Shown here one piece after another: positions 63,388 to 64,000 of a stretch of 64,000 nucleotides of DNA. The position numbers and the translations under genes were made by a program. Location of the stretch: assembly GCA_902790525.1 (NCBI GenBank), contig CADASI010000021.1, forward strand, positions 6,226-70,225. The letters run 5' to 3'. The stretch is from an uncultured Eubacteriales bacterium (GTDB taxonomy: Bacteria; Bacillota; Clostridia; Christensenellales; Aristaeellaceae). Position 1 is the stretch's first letter, and each line of letters starts with the position of its first letter. The notes beneath the pieces are model-generated. The model made no database searches. It was not told the DNA's origin and saw only the letters and a program-made list of their open reading frames with translations.

Positions 63388-64000
63388 ATGGACATCGCAT
63401 TGACCGGCATCAAGGGCATCGGCCCCGCGCGGCTCAAGGCCTTCGAGGCCGCCGGCATCCGCACGGTGCGGGAGCTGGTGATGTTTTTGCCGAAGGAGTA
63501 CCGGGATCTGAGCCATCCCGTGGCGCTTTGCGACCTCAAACCCGGCGACACCGCCGCGGTGCGGGTTCGGGTGGCGGGCGAGGCGGCCCAGCGCCGCGCG
63601 CGCAGGCTGACCATCACCAAGGTCTACGTCACCGACGGCACCGAGGCGCTGCCGGTGATCTGGTACAACCAGCCCTGGCTTCAAAAACAGCTGACCCCGG
63701 ACCGGGAGCTTTTGCTGTACGGCAGGGCGGAGATGAAGAGCGGCTGCGTGACCCTCGTAAGCCCCGTCATCGAGCAGGGGGAGGGGCTGATCCCCGTGTA
63801 CCGCAGCATCCCCGGCATCCCGGCCAAGGCGCTTCGGCAGTCGGTGGAGGCGGCGCTTCACCTGTGCGAGGGCCAGTGGCCTGACGAGCTGCCCGAGCCC
63901 CTGCGCCGCCGCTACGGGCTGTGCGAGCGCAACTTCGCCATGCTCAACGCCCACTTCCCGCAGAGCCGGGAGGCGCTGGAGGCCGCGCGGCGGCGCATCG
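63388..64000 (+). CDS. recG: ATP-dependent DNA helicase RecG, N-terminal part (continues beyond the window)
   Basis: Translated by hand in the frame from 63388, which stays open to the window end and is absent from the ORF track. MDIALTGIKGIGPARLKAFEAAGIRTVRELVMFLPKEYRD...VIWYNQPWLQKQL is a wedge-domain pattern. Confidence 0.85.
   Translation, partial: MDIALTGIKGIGPARLKAFEAAGIRTVRELVMFLPKEYRDLSHPVALCDLKPGDTAAVRVRVAGEAAQRRARRLTITKVYVTDGTEALPVIWYNQPWLQKQLTPDRELLLYGRAEMKSGCVTLVSPVIEQGEGLIPVYRSIPGIPAKALRQSVEAALHLCEGQWPDELPEPLRRRYGLCERNFAMLNAHFPQSREALEAARRRI

Overview
64 kb of a high-GC (roughly 60-65% by eye, not computed) Firmicutes/Clostridia-type chromosome. The taxon is inferred from conserved Firmicute neighbourhoods (rpmB next to asp23-yloV, then recG; scpA, proC, uvrC, alaS, alr-rsmD). 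An Oscillospiraceae-like anaerobe is only a guess. I call 59 protein-coding loci. Most are housekeeping or transport genes: a sugar ABC system, two MATE pumps, MetNIQ, a GH3 hydrolase and a NifS-type desulfurase. There is also a partial envelope/glycan set (CapD-like dehydratase, WbaP-like priming transferase, NodB deacetylase, S10 peptidase) and one surface protein of about 1,620 aa. I saw no rRNA, tRNA, CRISPR array, cas gene, transposase or integrase. The unusual content is non-coding: almost every larger intergenic gap holds members of interrelated repeat families. (i) Period-7 tandem repeats (GGGAGTA, GGGAACA, GGGATTA, AGTGCAG, ATTAGGA, AATTGAG) form either G-quadruplex-type runs at gene ends or the covarying arms of long palindromes. 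(ii) A conserved two-hairpin core is nested in three of those palindromes. (iii) GTAG-headed REP/REPIN-like hairpins occur in three sequence classes, and one pair is packaged in a 112-bp MITE with 12-bp TIRs and an 8-bp target duplication. (iv) A 150-160-bp TA-duplicating MITE is present twice, and one copy interrupts a 2-hydroxycarboxylate transporter gene. Four genes have broken reading frames: uvrC, the surface protein, the transporter, and the C-terminus of a PNP/UDP-family gene. Candidate uncharacterised gene systems are (a) a Cys/His-rich peptide plus a MacB-type ABC pair with a His-rich loop plus a DUF3299-like lipoprotein, (b) a DUF3786-esterase-radical SAM operon, and (c) a TSCPD-flavodoxin-MarR operon. 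All functional calls come from reading the translations and from memory of protein families; no database search was run.
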